A stretch of DNA of 64,000 bases, from contig OZ024741.1 of NCBI GenBank assembly GCA_964016885.1, forward strand, positions 220,224,001-220,288,000, in the 5' to 3' direction. Position numbers and translations under genes: made by a program. This DNA is from Eledone cirrhosa. Lineage: Eukaryota. Below are positions 13,211 through 27,632 of the stretch, piece by piece. Numbering within the stretch: the first letter of the stretch is position 1; each line of letters begins with the position of its first letter. The notes under the pieces were generated by a model that saw only the letters and a program-made list of their open reading frames with translations, ran no database searches and was not told where the DNA came from.

Positions 13211-13843
13211 ATGTCACAACTATACCACCACTATCTAGCGGCTGAAAGTGGAATAATTTTCACGGGTTCCGTAATGTCACAACTAAAAAGCACTACTCAT
13301 CTTGTGGCTGAAAGTGGAATAATTTTCACGGGTTCCGTAATGTCACAACTAAAAAGCACTACTCATCTTGTGGCTGAAAGTGGAATAATTTTCACGGGTT
13401 CCGTAATGTCACAACTAAAAAGCACTACTCATCTTGTGGCTGAAAGTGGAATAATTTTCACGGGTTCCGTAATGTCACAACTAAAAAGCACTACTCATCT
13501 TGTGGCTGAAAGTGGAATAATTTTCACGGGTTCCGTAATGTCACAACTAAAAAGCACTACTCATCTTGTGGCTGAAAGTGGAATAATTTTCACGGGTTCC
13601 GTAATGTCACAACTAAAAAGCACTACTCATCTTGTGGCTGAAAGTGGAATAATTTTCACGGGTTCCGTAATGTCACAACTAAAAAGCACTACTCATCTTG
13701 TGGCTGAAAGTGGAATAATTTTCACGGGTTCCGTAATGTCACAACTAAAAAGCACTACTCATCTTGTGGATGAAAGTGGAATATTACCACTGGATTCTCA
13801 ATGCCCCCAACTAATGAACCACTCACTATCTTGTAGCTGAAAG
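13211..13843. repeat. 66-bp minisatellite, about 9 copies
   Basis: Identical central units gtggctgaaagtggaataattttcacgggttccgtaatgtcacaactaaaaagcactactcatctt, with degenerate edge units. Confidence 0.95.
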
Positions 13844-13844
13844 A

Positions 13845-14450
13845 ACGGTGGATTGGCAGTATCGGTAGAGCGTCGGACATGCTTTGCGGCATATAGTTAT
13901 GTCATTTTACGTCATTTTACGAGTTGAAATTCCGCCAAGGTTAGCTTTGCCTTTCATCCTTACACAGTTCATAAAATAAAGTACCAGTAACGCACTGGGG
14001 TCAATTCAATCGACTTTCCTCTTCCCCAAAATTGTTGGCCTTGTGGCTAAATCAGAAGCCATTATATTGTGGTCGGTAGAAGGTCGGACGCCATGCTTTG
14101 CAGCATAGAGTTACGGCCCTTTATGGTCTGAGTTCAAATCCCGCCGATGTTAACTTCACCTTTCACCCTTACGGGGTCGATAAAATAAAGTACCAGTAAT
14201 ACACTGGGATAATTGCTGGCCTTGTGCCAAAAGTAGAAACAATTATATTGTGTCTGAAGGGCGGTGGGTTGGCAGTATCGGTAGAGGGTCGGATGCCATA
14301 CTTGGCAGCATAGTTACGTCCCTTTACCGCTTGAGTTCAAATCCCGCCGATGTTAACTTTGCCTTTCATCCTTACGGGGTCGATAAAATAAAGTACCAGT
14401 AATACACTGGAATAATTGCTTGCCTTGTGTCAAAAGTAGAAATAATTATA
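13845..14450 (+). mobile_element. Three tandem tRNA-derived SINEs
   Basis: A-box tggcagtatcggtag, B-box gagttcaaatcc, central ctttcatccttacggggtcgataaaataaagtaccag (resembles the Meta-type SINE domain), and tail agaaacaattat. Confidence 0.85.
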
Positions 14451-15169
14451 TTGTGACTAAAGCTGGAATCATTTTCACTGGTTCCTCATCATCGTGAGTT
14501 AGATATTTTCATATGAGATTCACTACGTAGCGCTGGTATGTGGAACCAGGTGTACGTCTGTTTCTCTTAACAGATAGTCAATGTAAGAAAGTAATTCTTC
14601 TGCAGAAAGGGAACATTTTAAATCGAGAATGTGTCATGTATTTTATGAAGTCATGTTCGGATTATGTACTTTTAGTATTAAAGATTTTAGTGAAGAGAAT
14701 ATTTGAATCAGATTTTGATATATATTTCTACATCATACAACAAATATTTCATGATTTGACGCAACAATTCAGCATGAATCGTCAACTTGGAATGGAAAAT
14801 GTAAACAGACTGAGCATAATACTCATTACTTTTACATAGTGTCCTATTAAACCTCAATCTGTATAAATCTCAGCTGACCTAAAACAACAAAATGCAACTA
14901 AACAAAACTAAATAAAGATCTTGGCACATTCCCAACGTCCACACTCACCTCTTCCTACTCAAGCTAATTAATAAAAGGATGAAATTAATATAAAAAGAGA
15001 TATGTTAAATTGAAATAGATTTAAGAAAGAAAAACTAAATTAAAAATTAAAAATTAAGCCTATCCAACTGGGAATCGAAACCAGGTCAGTTATGCACAAG
15101 TGGAAATTACAAGTGTAGCTAGGTTGATTGATGATCGTTGTGACTGTGGCGATAGCTGTGTTGCTTGGG

Positions 15170-15850
15170 GGATAAAGAAGAAAAAATACGGTTTGACTTT
15201 GAATGAAATAAAGGAAAGGGGAAGGAAGAGAGAGAAGAGATTAGTTGAAAGTGACGGGTAGAGAAAGAAAGAGGGTAAGAATGTAGGGAGAGTGATGGGT
15301 AGGGGAAAGAAAAAGAGGGAGGGGTGAGAGAGTAGTGGAGGGTGATGGATAGGGAAAGAAAGAGAGACATAGGGAGGGGGGAGTAGTGGAGAGTGATGGG
15401 TAGAGTAAAAAAAAGAGAGTGGAGAGTGGTGTGTAGAGAAAGAAAGAAGGAGTGAGAGAGTAGAGGAGAGTGATGGGTAGAGATAGAAAAGGAGAGTGTG
15501 AGAGAGTGGTGGATTGGGAAAGAAAGAAGGAGCGAAAGAGAGGGTGAGAGAGTAGTGGAGAGTGGTGGGAAGAGGAAGAAAGGAGAGAGAGAGATAGAGG
15601 GTGAGAGAGTAGTGGAGAGTGGTGGATAAGAGGAAGAAAGGAGAAAGAGAGAGGGTGAGAGAGTAAAGTAAAAGATGTGTGGAAATGCGATGATATATAA
15701 AAGAAAATATAATTTACAAAGAATATACGGAGAGCGATAGGTAGAGAAAGAGAGAGGAAGGGGGAAGGGTAGGGACAGAGCGAAAGAAAGAGAGTGAGTG
15801 AATGAGAGAAGGAGGGAGTGATTGGTTGGGAGAGAAAGAAGGTGGGTGTA
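15170..15850. repeat. GA-rich low-complexity degenerate repeat
   Basis: Recurrent gagagtagtggagagtgatggg. Confidence 0.8.
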
Positions 15851-16014
15851 TATTAATGATGAAAGCTGAAATCGAATGTTCTCAGCATGACTCACCAATG
15901 TGGAATGTTCAACTTTCCCAACATTGAGGTTAAGCAAATTTCTCCATTCAACAAAGTTTTCTCATCATATATTGTCAGAACTACAAAGATAGCTAAGGAA
16001 CATACTTTTACCGA

Positions 16015-17110
16015 CATTACACATAACACTACATACTACACAATACACTATATACTACACACTATTCTAAACACTACACTACACACTACTCTGAACACTA
16101 CACACTAGACTCTACTCTAAACACTACATTACACAATACACAATACACTACTCCGAAAACACTATACTACACACTAAACTACACACCACGCACTACACTA
16201 AACACTACACTACACTAAACACTATACTACATTAAACACTACACTACACAATACACTACACTATACATTACATTACACACTACACTACATAGTACACTAC
16301 ATAGTACACTACACACTAATCTAAACACTAAACAGCACAGTACAAAATATACTACACAGTACTTTAAACACTACACACTAAACTACACACCACACACTAC
16401 ACTACACACAAAACAATACAGTTTACCACAGAATACACTAAACACTACAATACACACGTCATTACACACTACTCTAAACACTACACTGCTCTGTACACAG
16501 TACCCACTACACCACATTTAACACACAACACTACAACAGACTACAAAACTCATAACGCAATATATAACACACCTCACTATATACAACACAACACACTACA
16601 CACATAACTAAAAACTACACACAACACAACACAATACACACCTCACTATATACAACACGACGGTGGATTGGCAGTATCGGTAGAGGGTCGGATACCATGC
16701 TTTGACGCATAGAGTTACGGCCCTTGCCATTCTGAGTTCAAATCCCACCGAAGTTAACATTGCCTTTCATCTTTACGGGGTCGATAAAATAAAGTACCAG
16801 TAAGACACTTGGATAATTGCTGGCCTTGTGCCAAATGTAGAAACAATTATATACAACACAACACACTACATACATAACTAAACACTACACACAACACAAT
16901 ACACACAAAATAATAATATAAAACAAAGCACACAACACTATTCACTACACAACACAAACACACAACACAACACAGCACACTACACAACACACCACACTAC
17001 ACAGAGCGCAAAAACTACATAACACGCAACACTATAAACTCTACAAACATAACACTCTACATTCTGCACTCTACACAATTATACACAGCACAGTATATGA
17101 CTACACTGTA
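16015..17110. repeat. Degenerate (ACACT)n repeat with a SINE inserted at 16660-16850 (+)
   Basis: acact runs. The SINE is flanked by a duplicated tatatacaacac. Confidence 0.85.
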
Positions 17111-17350
17111 TAATAGTGGTTTCTGATTTAGGAACAAGATCAGCAATTCTTTTTGTTGTGGGGAGGAGAAAGTTGATTAAGTCGAGACCAGTACGTTACT
17201 GGTACTTTAATTTATCGAACCCTTAAGGAGGAAATGCAAAACTAACCTCGGCGGGATTTGAACTCAGATCGTAAAGGGACAAAAGTCTATGCTGCGAAAC
17301 ATGGTGTTCAACTACACTGCATGTCTTCTTGTGACGCTAAACTCCGCCAG
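17110..17350 (-). mobile_element. tRNA-derived SINE (a more decayed copy lies at 18030-18205)
   Basis: ctggtactttaatttatcga...aacctcggcgggatttgaactc is the reverse complement of the 13845 family. Confidence 0.75.
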
Positions 17351-17609
17351 TTGCACATTGCACATTCATCAGCATCATCACCACCGTTTTACGTCCGTTA
17401 TTCCACGCTAGCATGGGTTCGACGGGTTGTCCTGTTGTGGGCAGTCTGGTGCTGACCTTGTTTCGCTCATACGGGAACTGATTCTGGCTTGATTTCTCCA
17501 GCTCGATGTCCTTCCTAAAATCAACCTCATTTACAGTGAGTGCTGGGTGCTTTTTTGCCGTGGCACCTCCACGACCGCTTTGCAGTGGGAGGAGGTGGGG
17601 GAATATTGT

Positions 17610-17870
17610 CTATATACTTCAACTTCGGCTTGTACCCGTGGGAAGTCGGGTGATATCTCTCTCCGCAAAGTTCGATCCCCAGCAGCAGAGTTCAAAGAGC
17701 AAAGATCAAGTCCAATCCATAAGTTGACATTATCAATCAATCGTTTTGACTGCTGGCCTCTGCTTCTCTTACCAGCCAACCTTCCTTCCAGGCATAACCT
17801 ACTCACACTGCGAGTTGATCTTTTTATATGGCCGAATAGTTTGAGTACTCTTGACTTGACAATTGATGTA
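17610..17870 (-). mobile_element. 3' end of an RTE-clade LINE
   Basis: IVKSRVLKLFGHIKRS...CLEGRLAGKRSRGQQSKRLIDNV within ORF 17531-17998. Confidence 0.7.
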
Positions 17871-18570
17871 TGTATAGATCCGTAACTTTTAAAAGGAGCA
17901 GGTAAGGAGCCGCATTTGGGCATATCAGGGCATATCTGGGAATCCGGTATACCTGGGGCTTCTTTGCTTAAACCTGGCGAAGCCCATCTCCTCTCCATGT
18001 CTGAATACAGCTCACCTCTTCCAGAGAAGGATAGAAAGTGAGAGAATGGAAGCGAGAAAAAAATTGATCACAGTACACTTTTTCATCGACCTCGAATGGA
18101 TGAAAGGCCTTGGTGGGATTTAAATTCAGAGAGAAGAAGGCCAGTCCAAATACCACAAAATATTCTATCCAATGTTCTCTTCTAATGACTCTACCAATTG
18201 GCCGCCTGACTACGCAGTACAATAATAACACTAATGTAACAATTCTGGTTTTATTTAATGCCATGTATTAATAGTTCATGCTTGACCACTGCCAAGTTAA
18301 CTTGATTAGCTATATCGTTCACCTACTTCGCTACAGACTTCCGTGTATATATCTCTCCTGTTTTATTTTCCTATTTATCTGCCTGTTTATACAACTGACC
18401 CCCATCCTTCCATTAACCATTTTTTTTCTGTTTATGTATCTATCTATCTTTGTCTCTCTCTTTGTCAATCTATCTTCCTATACATATAATATATATACAT
18501 ATATAAACACAAAACATTTCTCCTTCTGTCCATATCTTCCTGCCTAGGTTTTCCTGATATTCTCCTAGTA

Positions 18571-18618
<48 letters not shown>

Positions 18619-18636
18619 AATATATATATATACTAA

Positions 18637-18714
18637 CACATGGTGTTCCAAAAATGTATACACACTTCAACAATTCTAACAAATATGTATACATTTTGAG
18701 GGGACAACCTGTAT
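18637..18714. mobile_element. Tiny Tc1/mariner-like MITE remnant
   Basis: Degenerate inverted ends acatggtgttccaaaaatgtatac / gtatacattttgaggggacaacctgta. Confidence 0.45.
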
Positions 18715-18992
18715 AGAGATATATACACCAATCGATCGATATATCTTGCTACCTAGCTACCAATTTGCCATCCGGCCCACTGGTACATCTATCACAAACG
18801 CCATTCTCTTCTACACACACAGACAGACAGACAGAGAAAAGAATGCATTTATATTATATAGACATATATTATTATAGATATTACTCTCCTGATCTACGAT
18901 ATTATATAATATAACATTGTCTATTACTTTTGTATCACGTACAATGTGATATATAACATACTGCGCCATATTGCTTCTTTATAAAAATACGA

Positions 18993-19300
18993 ATGGACTT
19001 CCATCAGTGTCGACGATGAATTCCAACTCTTCTATCAATGGAACAGCCTACTCATGAAAATAACGTCTAAACGATTGCACATTCTACAGAAACGTCTACC
19101 CTTATATTATTCTCGGGGAGATCTAGCGTTGTACAGTGTTTGAAAAGCCTGTCCTTCATCCTTTTTATATACAAACCCGGTCTATCCTACAGGCTTCCAA
19201 ACAGTTTCCGTCTACCAAATTTCATTCAGAAAGCTCTGGTAAATGAGACTTGCTCAAGATGCTACATAATAAGATTGAACCTAGGAATTCATGATTGCGA
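18993..19300 (-). mobile_element. Decayed SINE (opposite-strand fragment at 19760-19840)
   Basis: cagtttccgtctaccaaatt...acttgctcaag...gattgaacc. 19060-19145 matches the reverse complement of 19773-19838. Confidence 0.55.
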
Positions 19301-19319
19301 AGCAAATTTCGGTAAACGG

Positions 19320-19465
19320 AAACCCCAACCCTAAACCTAACCATAACCCTAAAACTAAACCTAACCCTAAAACTAATCCTAAAACTAACCCTATACCTAA
19401 ACCTAACCCTGAATCTAACCCTAGCCCTAAGACGAATTCTACATGCAACTCTAACCCTAACAGCC
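19320..19465. repeat. Degenerate interstitial (CCCTAA)n-like repeat
   Basis: ccctaa, acctaa and aactaa hexamers in phase. Confidence 0.8.
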
Positions 19466-19959
19466 TAATCAGGGGACAAATGTCGATTGCAAGCATCTAA
19501 GAGGTCCAGAAAAAGACAAGGAAATATAGTTATTTGGCACCAAACGCGAGAGTTGTGTAGATCCCCGAACCTCCGGTGGTGTTTGCGCCCCCTTTGATTA
19601 TATAATAATAATACACATGAACAAAATTCGCAGGAAAACTCCGAGCTCCGTTCTCCGGGAAAAAAGTTGATTATCAGCATTTTGGAGGTTAAATTAGTTG
19701 ATAGAATACAAAAAAAAAACGAATTTCTTAATTATTTGAACATGCTGTGTTCAGATATCCTGAGCCAACCTTGTCACACACTGTATCACGCTGAATCTCC
19801 CTGAGAATTACGTTAAATGTACATATGTCTATGGAATGACCATGTGCTGTGTGTCTGACGTAAAGGAACTAACAGTCTGGAGGAAACAATAACATGTGTG
19901 ATGTACGTAGTAGAGACAGAGACGTATCGGAAAGGGGAGCATACATTCTTTTTTTAAAT

Positions 19960-21207
19960 GTTCTTGTTCCAACTTAGTTGTTTCGGCCACAAACCTTAGT
20001 ACTGTGGCCACAGACCCTGCTAATGTGGCCACAAACACCGCTACTGTGGCCATAAACCTTAGTACTGTGGCCACAAACCCTGCTAATGTGGCCACAAACC
20101 CCGCTACTGTGACCATAAACCTTAGTACTGTGGTCACAAACACCGCTAATGTGTCCATAAACCTCGCTACTGTGGCCACAAACCTCGGTACTGCAGCCAC
20201 AACCCTGGTACTGTGGCCACAAACCCCGGTACTGTGGCCACAAACCCCGGTACTGCGGCCACAAACCCCGGTACTGTGGCCACAAACCCCGGTACTGCGG
20301 CCACACACCCCGGTACTGCGGCCACAAACCCCGGTACTGTGGCCACAAACCCCGGTACTTTGGCCACAAACCTCGGTACTGTGGCCACAAACCTTAGTAC
20401 TGTGGCCACAAACCCTGATAATGTGGCCACACACCCCGCTACTGTTGCCATAAACCTTAGTACTGTGGCCACAAACCTCGGTACTGCGGCCACAAACCCC
20501 GGTACTGTGGCCACACACCCCGGTACTGTGGCCACAAACCCGGGTACAGTGGCCACAAACCCCGGTACTGTGGCCACAAACCCCGGTACTGTGGCCACAA
20601 ACCCCGGTACTGCGGCCACACACCCCGGTACTGCGGCCACAAACCCCGGTACTGTGGCCACAAACCCCGGTACTTTGGCCACAAACCTCGGTACTGTGGC
20701 CACAAACCTTAGTACTGTGGCCACAAACCCTGGTAATGTGGCCACACACCCCGCTACTGTTGCCATAAACCTTAGTACTGTGGCCACAAACCTCGGTACT
20801 GCGGCCACAAACCCCGGTACTGTGGCCACACACCCCGGTACTGTGGCCACAAACCCGGGTACAGTGGCCACAAACCCCGGTACTGTGGCCACACACCCCG
20901 GTACTGTGGCCTGCAATGTAGACAAACAAATATCGGGGATTATCCGGCCGCTTCTTCTTTGCACCGGTCATCGTCGAGGCTTCAGTTGTATTCGCACCCC
21001 GTACTGCCGAGTTCCTCCACAAGATCGGAACGTCGGCAGCTCATGTGAGGAAGGATCCCTGCGAGGTGGGGTGGCTGTTGCTGCGGGTGGCGCCGGACAT
21101 TGTCTGCAGAAATGCTTTTCTGGTCTTGTCATTGGAGCGCGGCCCCAATACCACCGTGCCTTAGGCCCAGACTCCAGAGCCCATCAGCCTCCCTCTTCCT
21201 CGAGATG
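19960..21207 (+). mobile_element. Decayed CRE-like endonuclease-domain fragment containing a 21-bp minisatellite
   Basis: SNLVVSATN before the array. KYRGLSGRFFFAPVIVEASVVFAPRTAEFLHKIG...EVGWLLLRVAPDIVCRNAF after it. Homologous to 7339-7700. Confidence 0.65.
19985..20911. repeat. 21-bp minisatellite, about 44 copies, with a 315-bp higher-order duplication
   Basis: Unit ggccacaaaccccggtactgt. The variant pattern repeats after 15 units. Confidence 0.95.
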
Positions 21208-21237
21208 ACATACATACATATATACATACATACAAAT

Positions 21238-21722
21238 ATGGTGGCTGCCAACTCGTTTTCGAGTATGGCCACTACTTTATATCCATGTAGGAGAACCCCT
21301 ACCGATGCGCTGAACGAGTGTGACTTTTTAGTCCAGCCAGCGACTTGAAAACTCTGGTACAAACACTACACTTGTGACAATTATTGACACATAGTACTGG
21401 GCCCATGGTACCATGTGACGACAAGTGCAGAGAGATCTCCAGATATAAAGCAATGCCTGTGCCGTGAAGCTGTTATAGTGAGCAAAGGCACTGCACAAAG
21501 CCAGTCCCACTCTCTTAACCAAGATGATATTTACCAAAAAGAAGAACAAGTCAGCAGCATCGGATACCATCAGGGATGCAGGTGTTATATCAGAGTTTTC
21601 CTTCTCCTAGAATTCTGCCTTGACAAAGGCTAAGGGGTCATCTCTCCCGGTGATTTTGGATGGCCATTGAGTCTTAAGAGCTCCTTTTCCCTTTGACAGG
21701 TTTTGTTTTTAGTCCAGCAGAC
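21238..21722. mobile_element. Old interspersed repeat, homologous to 42238-42695 (possibly a LINE 5' region on minus)
   Basis: Colinear shared blocks tggctgc(c/a)aactc, aaaggc..tgcac, tcccactctct, gtca.ca.catcggat and tcagagttt....ctcctaga. Confidence 0.5.
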
Positions 21723-21834
21723 TAATATACATACAAATATACATATAAATAGACATACAAATATACATATGTACATACATACATACAAATATACATACAT
21801 ACATACAAGTGAAACCATAGCACCACCTTCTCAA

Positions 21835-24800
21835 ACACCACCACAACACCACCACCAACAACACCACCACCACCATCACCACAACTAACACGACCACAAC
21901 ACCACCACCACCAACCCCACAACCACCATCACCACAACTAACACAACCGCAACACCACCACCATCAACCCCACAACCACCATCACCACAACTAACACAAC
22001 CACAACACCACCACCACCACCACCATCACCACCACTAACACGACCACAACACCACCACCAACACCACCACCAACATCACCACCACTAACACGACCACAAC
22101 ACCACCACCAACAACAGCACCACCACCATCACCACCACTAACACAACCACAACACCACCACCACCAGATCACCACCACCACCATCACCACCACTAACACG
22201 ACCACAACACCACCACCACCAACCCCACCACCACCATCACCACAACTAACACAACCGCAACACCACCACCACCAACACCACCACCACCATCACCACCACT
22301 AACACTACCACAACACCACCACCACCAACACCACCACCACCATCAACACCACTAACACGACCACAACACCACCACCACCACCAACACCACCACCACCATC
22401 ACCACCACTAACACGACCACAACACCACCACCAACAACACCACCACCACCACCATCACCACAACTAACAAGACCACAACACCACCACCACCAACACCACC
22501 ACCACCATCACCACAACTAACACGACCACAACACCACCACCACCACCAACACCACCACCACCATCACCACAACTAACACGACCACAACACCACCACCACC
22601 ACCAACACCAACACCACCATCACCACAACTAACACTACCACAACACCACCACCACCAGATCACCACCACCACCATCACCACAACTAACAAGACCACAACA
22701 CTACCACCACCAACACCACCACCACCATCACCACAACTAACACAACCACAACACCACCACCACCAACCCCACCACCACCATCACCACAACTAACACAACC
22801 ACAACACCACCACCACCAACACCACCACCAACATCACCACCACTAACACGACCACAACACCACCACCACCAACATCACCACCACTAACACGACCACAACA
22901 CCAGCACCAACAACAGCACCACCACCATCACCACCACTAACACAACCACAACACCACCACCACCAGATCACCACCACCACCATCACCACCACTAACACGA
23001 CCACAACACCACCACCACCAACCCCACCACCACCATCACCACAACTAACACAACCGCAACACCACCACCACCAACACCACCACCACCATCACCACCACTA
23101 ACACTACCACAACACCACCACCACCACCAACACCACCACCACCATCACCACAACTAACACGACCACAACACCACCACCACCACCAACACCACCACCACCA
23201 TCACCACCACTAACACTACCACAACACCACCACCACCACCAACACCACCACCACCATCACCACAACTAACACGACCACAACACCACCACCACCACCAACA
23301 CCACCACCACCATCACCACCACTAACACTACCACAACACCACCACCACCACCAACACCACCACCACCATCACCACAACTAACACGACCACAACACCACCA
23401 CCACCACCAACACCACCACCACCATCACCACCACTAACACTACCACAACACCACCACCACCACCAACACCACCACCACCAACACCACCACCACCATCACC
23501 ACCACTAACACTACCACAACACCACCACCACCACCAACACCACCACCACCATCACCACAACTAACACGACCATAACACCACCACCACCACCAACACCACC
23601 ACCACCATCACCACCACTAACACTACCACAACACCACCAACACCACCACCACCATCAACACCACTAACACGACCACAACACCACCACCACCACCAACACC
23701 ACCACCACCATCACCACAACTAACACGACCACAACACCACCACCACCACCAACACCAACACCACCATCACCACAACTAACACGACCACAACACCACCACC
23801 ACCAGATCACAACCACCACCATCACCACAACTAACAAGACCACAACACTACCACCACCAACACCACCACCACCATCACCACAACTCACACGACCACAACA
23901 CCACCACCACCAACACCACCACCACCATCACCACAACTAACACGACCACAACACCACCACCACCACCACCAACACCAACACCACCATCACCACCACTAAC
24001 ACGACCACACCACCACCAACAACACCACCACCATCACCACAACTAACACGAACACAACACCACCACCAACAGCACCACCACCACCATCACCACCACTAAC
24101 ACGACCAGAACAACACCACCAACAACACCACCACCACCAACACCACCACCACCATCACCACCACTAACACGACTACAACACCACCACCACCAACACCCCC
24201 AACACCACCATCACCACCACTAACACAACCACAACAACACCACCACCAACACCACCACCACCATCACCACCACTAACACGACCACAACACCACCACCAAC
24301 AACACCACCACCACCACCATCACCACCACTAACACGACCACAACACCACCACCAACAACACCACCACCACCACCATCACCACCACTAACACGGCCACAAC
24401 ACCACCACCACCAACACCACCACCACCATCACCACAACTAACACGACCACAACACCACCAGCAACAACACCACCACCACCATCACCACAACTAACACGAC
24501 CACAACACCACCACCACCAACACCACCACCACCATCACCACCACTAACACGACCACAACACCACCACCACCAACACCACCACCACCATCACCACCACTAA
24601 CACGACCACAACACCACCACCACCAACACCACCACCACCATCACCACCACTAACACGACCACAACACCACCACCACCAACACCACCACCACCATCACCAC
24701 AACTAACACAACCACAACACCACCACCACCAACACCACCACCACCATCACCACCACTAACACGACCACAACACCACCACCACCAACACCACCACCACCAT

Positions 24801-26005
24801 CACCACCATTAACACGACCACAACACCACCACCACCAACACCACCACCACCATCACCACCACTAACACAACACCACCACCACCAACACCACCACCACCAT
24901 CACCACCACTAACACGACCACAACACCACCACCACCAACACCACCACCACCATCACCACCACTAACACGACCACAACACCACCACCACCAACGCCACCAC
25001 CACCATCACCACAACTAACACAACCACAACACCACCACCACCACTAACACGACCACAACACCACCACCAACAACATCACCACCACCGCCATCACCACCAC
25101 TAACACGACCACATCACCACCACCACCAACACCACCATCACCAACACCACCACCACCATTACCACCACTAACACGATCACAACACCACCACCAACAACAC
25201 CACCACCAGCATCACCACCGCTAACACGACCACAACACCACCACCAACAACATCACCACCACCGCCATCACCACCACTAACACGACCACAACACCACCAC
25301 CACCATCACCACCACTAACACAACCACAACACCACCACCAACAACATCACCACCACCGCCATCACCACCACTAACACGACCACAACACCACCACCACCAA
25401 CACCACCACCACCAACACCACCACCACCATTACCACCACTAACACGATCACAACACCACCACCAACAACACCACCACCAGCATCACCACCGCTAACACGA
25501 CCACAACACCACCAACAACAACATCACCACCACCGCCATCACCACCACTAACACGACCACAACACCACCACCACCATCACCACCACTAACACAACCACAA
25601 CACCACCACCAACAACATCACCACCACCGCCATCACCACCACTAACACGACCACAACACCACCACCACCATCACCACCACTAACACAGCCACAACACCAC
25701 CACCAACAACACCACCACCACCATCACCACAACTAACACGACCCACCATACCGCCACCAACAACACCACCACCACTATCACCACCGCTAACACGACCACA
25801 ACACCACCACCACCATCACCACCACTAACACAGCCACAACACCACCACCAACAACACCACCACCACCATCACCACAACTAACACGACCCACCATACCGCC
25901 ACCAACAACACCACCACCACTATCACCACCGCTAACACGACCACAACACCACCACCACCACCACCACCACCACAAATACCAGCAACAAACAACAACAACA
26001 ACAAT
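21835..26005. repeat. CAC-based minisatellite with a unit of about 45-50 bp
   Basis: Recurrent accatcaccac(c/a)actaacacgaccacaacaccaccacc. Confidence 0.95.
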
Positions 26006-26179
26006 CCGCCATGTCTACAAATAATTGATTATATAGTGTGGAGATGTTGAAGAATGTATCCCAGCTCTGCAACAGAATTAGAAACCTCGGAGGAATGGTG
26101 GAGATTTTTTTCTCTTATCAGATTTTCACACAAATTCTATTCATTGTCATCAATGTCATCGGCTGACAACAGCCACGAG

Positions 26180-27495
26180 GTAGATAGTAATGGTGGTGGT
26201 GGTAGTGGTGGTGGTGGTGGTGGTGGTGGTGGTGGTGGTGGTGGTAGTGGTGGTGGTGGTGGTGGTGGTGGTGGTGATGGTGGTGGTGGTGGTAGTGGTG
26301 GTGGTGGTAGTGTTGGTGGTGGTGGTGGTGGTAGTGGTGATGGTGGTGGTGGTGGTAGTGGTGGTGGTGGTAGTGTTGGTGGTGGTGGTGGTGGTGGTGG
26401 TAGTGTTGGTGGTGGTGGTGGTGGTGGTGGTGGTAGTGGTGGTGGTGGTAGTGGTGGTGGTAATAGAGTCGTGGCGGTGGTGGTAATAGAGTGGTGGTGG
26501 TTGTAGTGGTGGTGGTGGTGGTGGTAATAGTAGTGGTAGTGGTGGTAGTGGTGGTAGTGGTAGCGGTGGTGGTAGTGGTAATAGTAATAGTGGTGGTGGT
26601 GGTAATAGAGTGGTGGTGGTAATAGTGGTGGTGGTGGTGGTAATAGAGTGGTGGTGGTAGTAATAGAGTGGTGGTGTAGTAATAGAGTGGTGGTGGTGGT
26701 AGTAATAGAGTGGTGGTAGTGGTAATAGAGTGGTGGCGGTGGTGGCCGTGGTGGTGGTGGTCGTGGTAATAGAGTAGTGGTGGTAATAGTGGTGGTGGTG
26801 GTGGTAATAGAGTGGTGGTGGTGGTAGTGATGGTAGTGGTAATAGTAATAGTGGTGGTGGTGGTAGTGGTAATAGAGTGGTGGTGGTGGAGGTAATAGAG
26901 TGGTGGTAATAGAGTGGTGGTGGTGGAGGTAATAGAGTGGTGGTAGTAATAGTGGTGGTAGTGGTAATGGAGTGGTGATGGTGGTAGTGGTGGTAGTGGT
27001 AGCGGTGGGGGTAGCGGTAATAGTAATAGTGGTTGTGTGGTAGTGGTATGGTGGTAATAGAGTGGTGGTAGTGGTGGTGGTGGTGGTAATAGAATAGTGG
27101 ATTTGTGGGAGGCTGGTGAAGGTGGTGGTTGTGGTAATAGAGTAGTGGGTGTGGGTGGTAGTAGAATAGTGATGGTTGTGGTAGTCATAGAACGATGGTG
27201 GTGGTGGTGGTGGTCATCGTCGTCGTGATGGGTATAATAGTGTTGGTGGAGGTGGTTGCTATAGTGTTGTTGGTGTTAATTTTGGTTGGGGTAATTGATG
27301 TTGGTTGTGATGGTAGTGATGATGGTGGTTGTGGGGGAAGATTGTGATGTTAGTGATGATGATGGTAGTGATGATGGTGGTGTTGTTAGTCATGATGATG
27401 GTAGCTAATGATGATTGTGGTGATGGTAGAGATGATGATGGTTGTGATACTACACCCATCACCATCACCACCATCACCACCATCACCACCACAAC
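26180..27495. repeat. (GGT)n-based simple repeat
   Basis: ggt runs with gtaatagagt punctuation, decaying into (gat)n. Confidence 0.9.
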
Positions 27496-27632
27496 AATCG
27501 AGTTTTTTTAAAGAGAATCAATCAGAAAAATCGACATGTTACCAGGTTCTGTATTTAATTAAAATACCGGTGATAGAAATCCCTGGTCAAATGGTAAAGT
27601 AAAACATAGTATACACACCGAATAGTTTAAAT

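Noticed and set aside
13211-13840. 209-aa repeat protein
   Set aside because: It is a translation of identical 66-bp units with no synonymous variation or recognisable domain.
14540-14839. Host exons in short non-repetitive ORFs (also 42547-42876 and 63111-63434)
   Set aside because: No recognisable domain or consistent splice structure; they cannot be excluded without RNA data.
15055-15110. tRNA gene
   Set aside because: Only a T-arm-like fragment on minus, with no full cloverleaf. The other A/B boxes in the window belong to SINEs.
19320-19465. True telomere or fusion site (also 48385-48540)
   Set aside because: Short, heavily degenerate, in a single orientation and interstitial.
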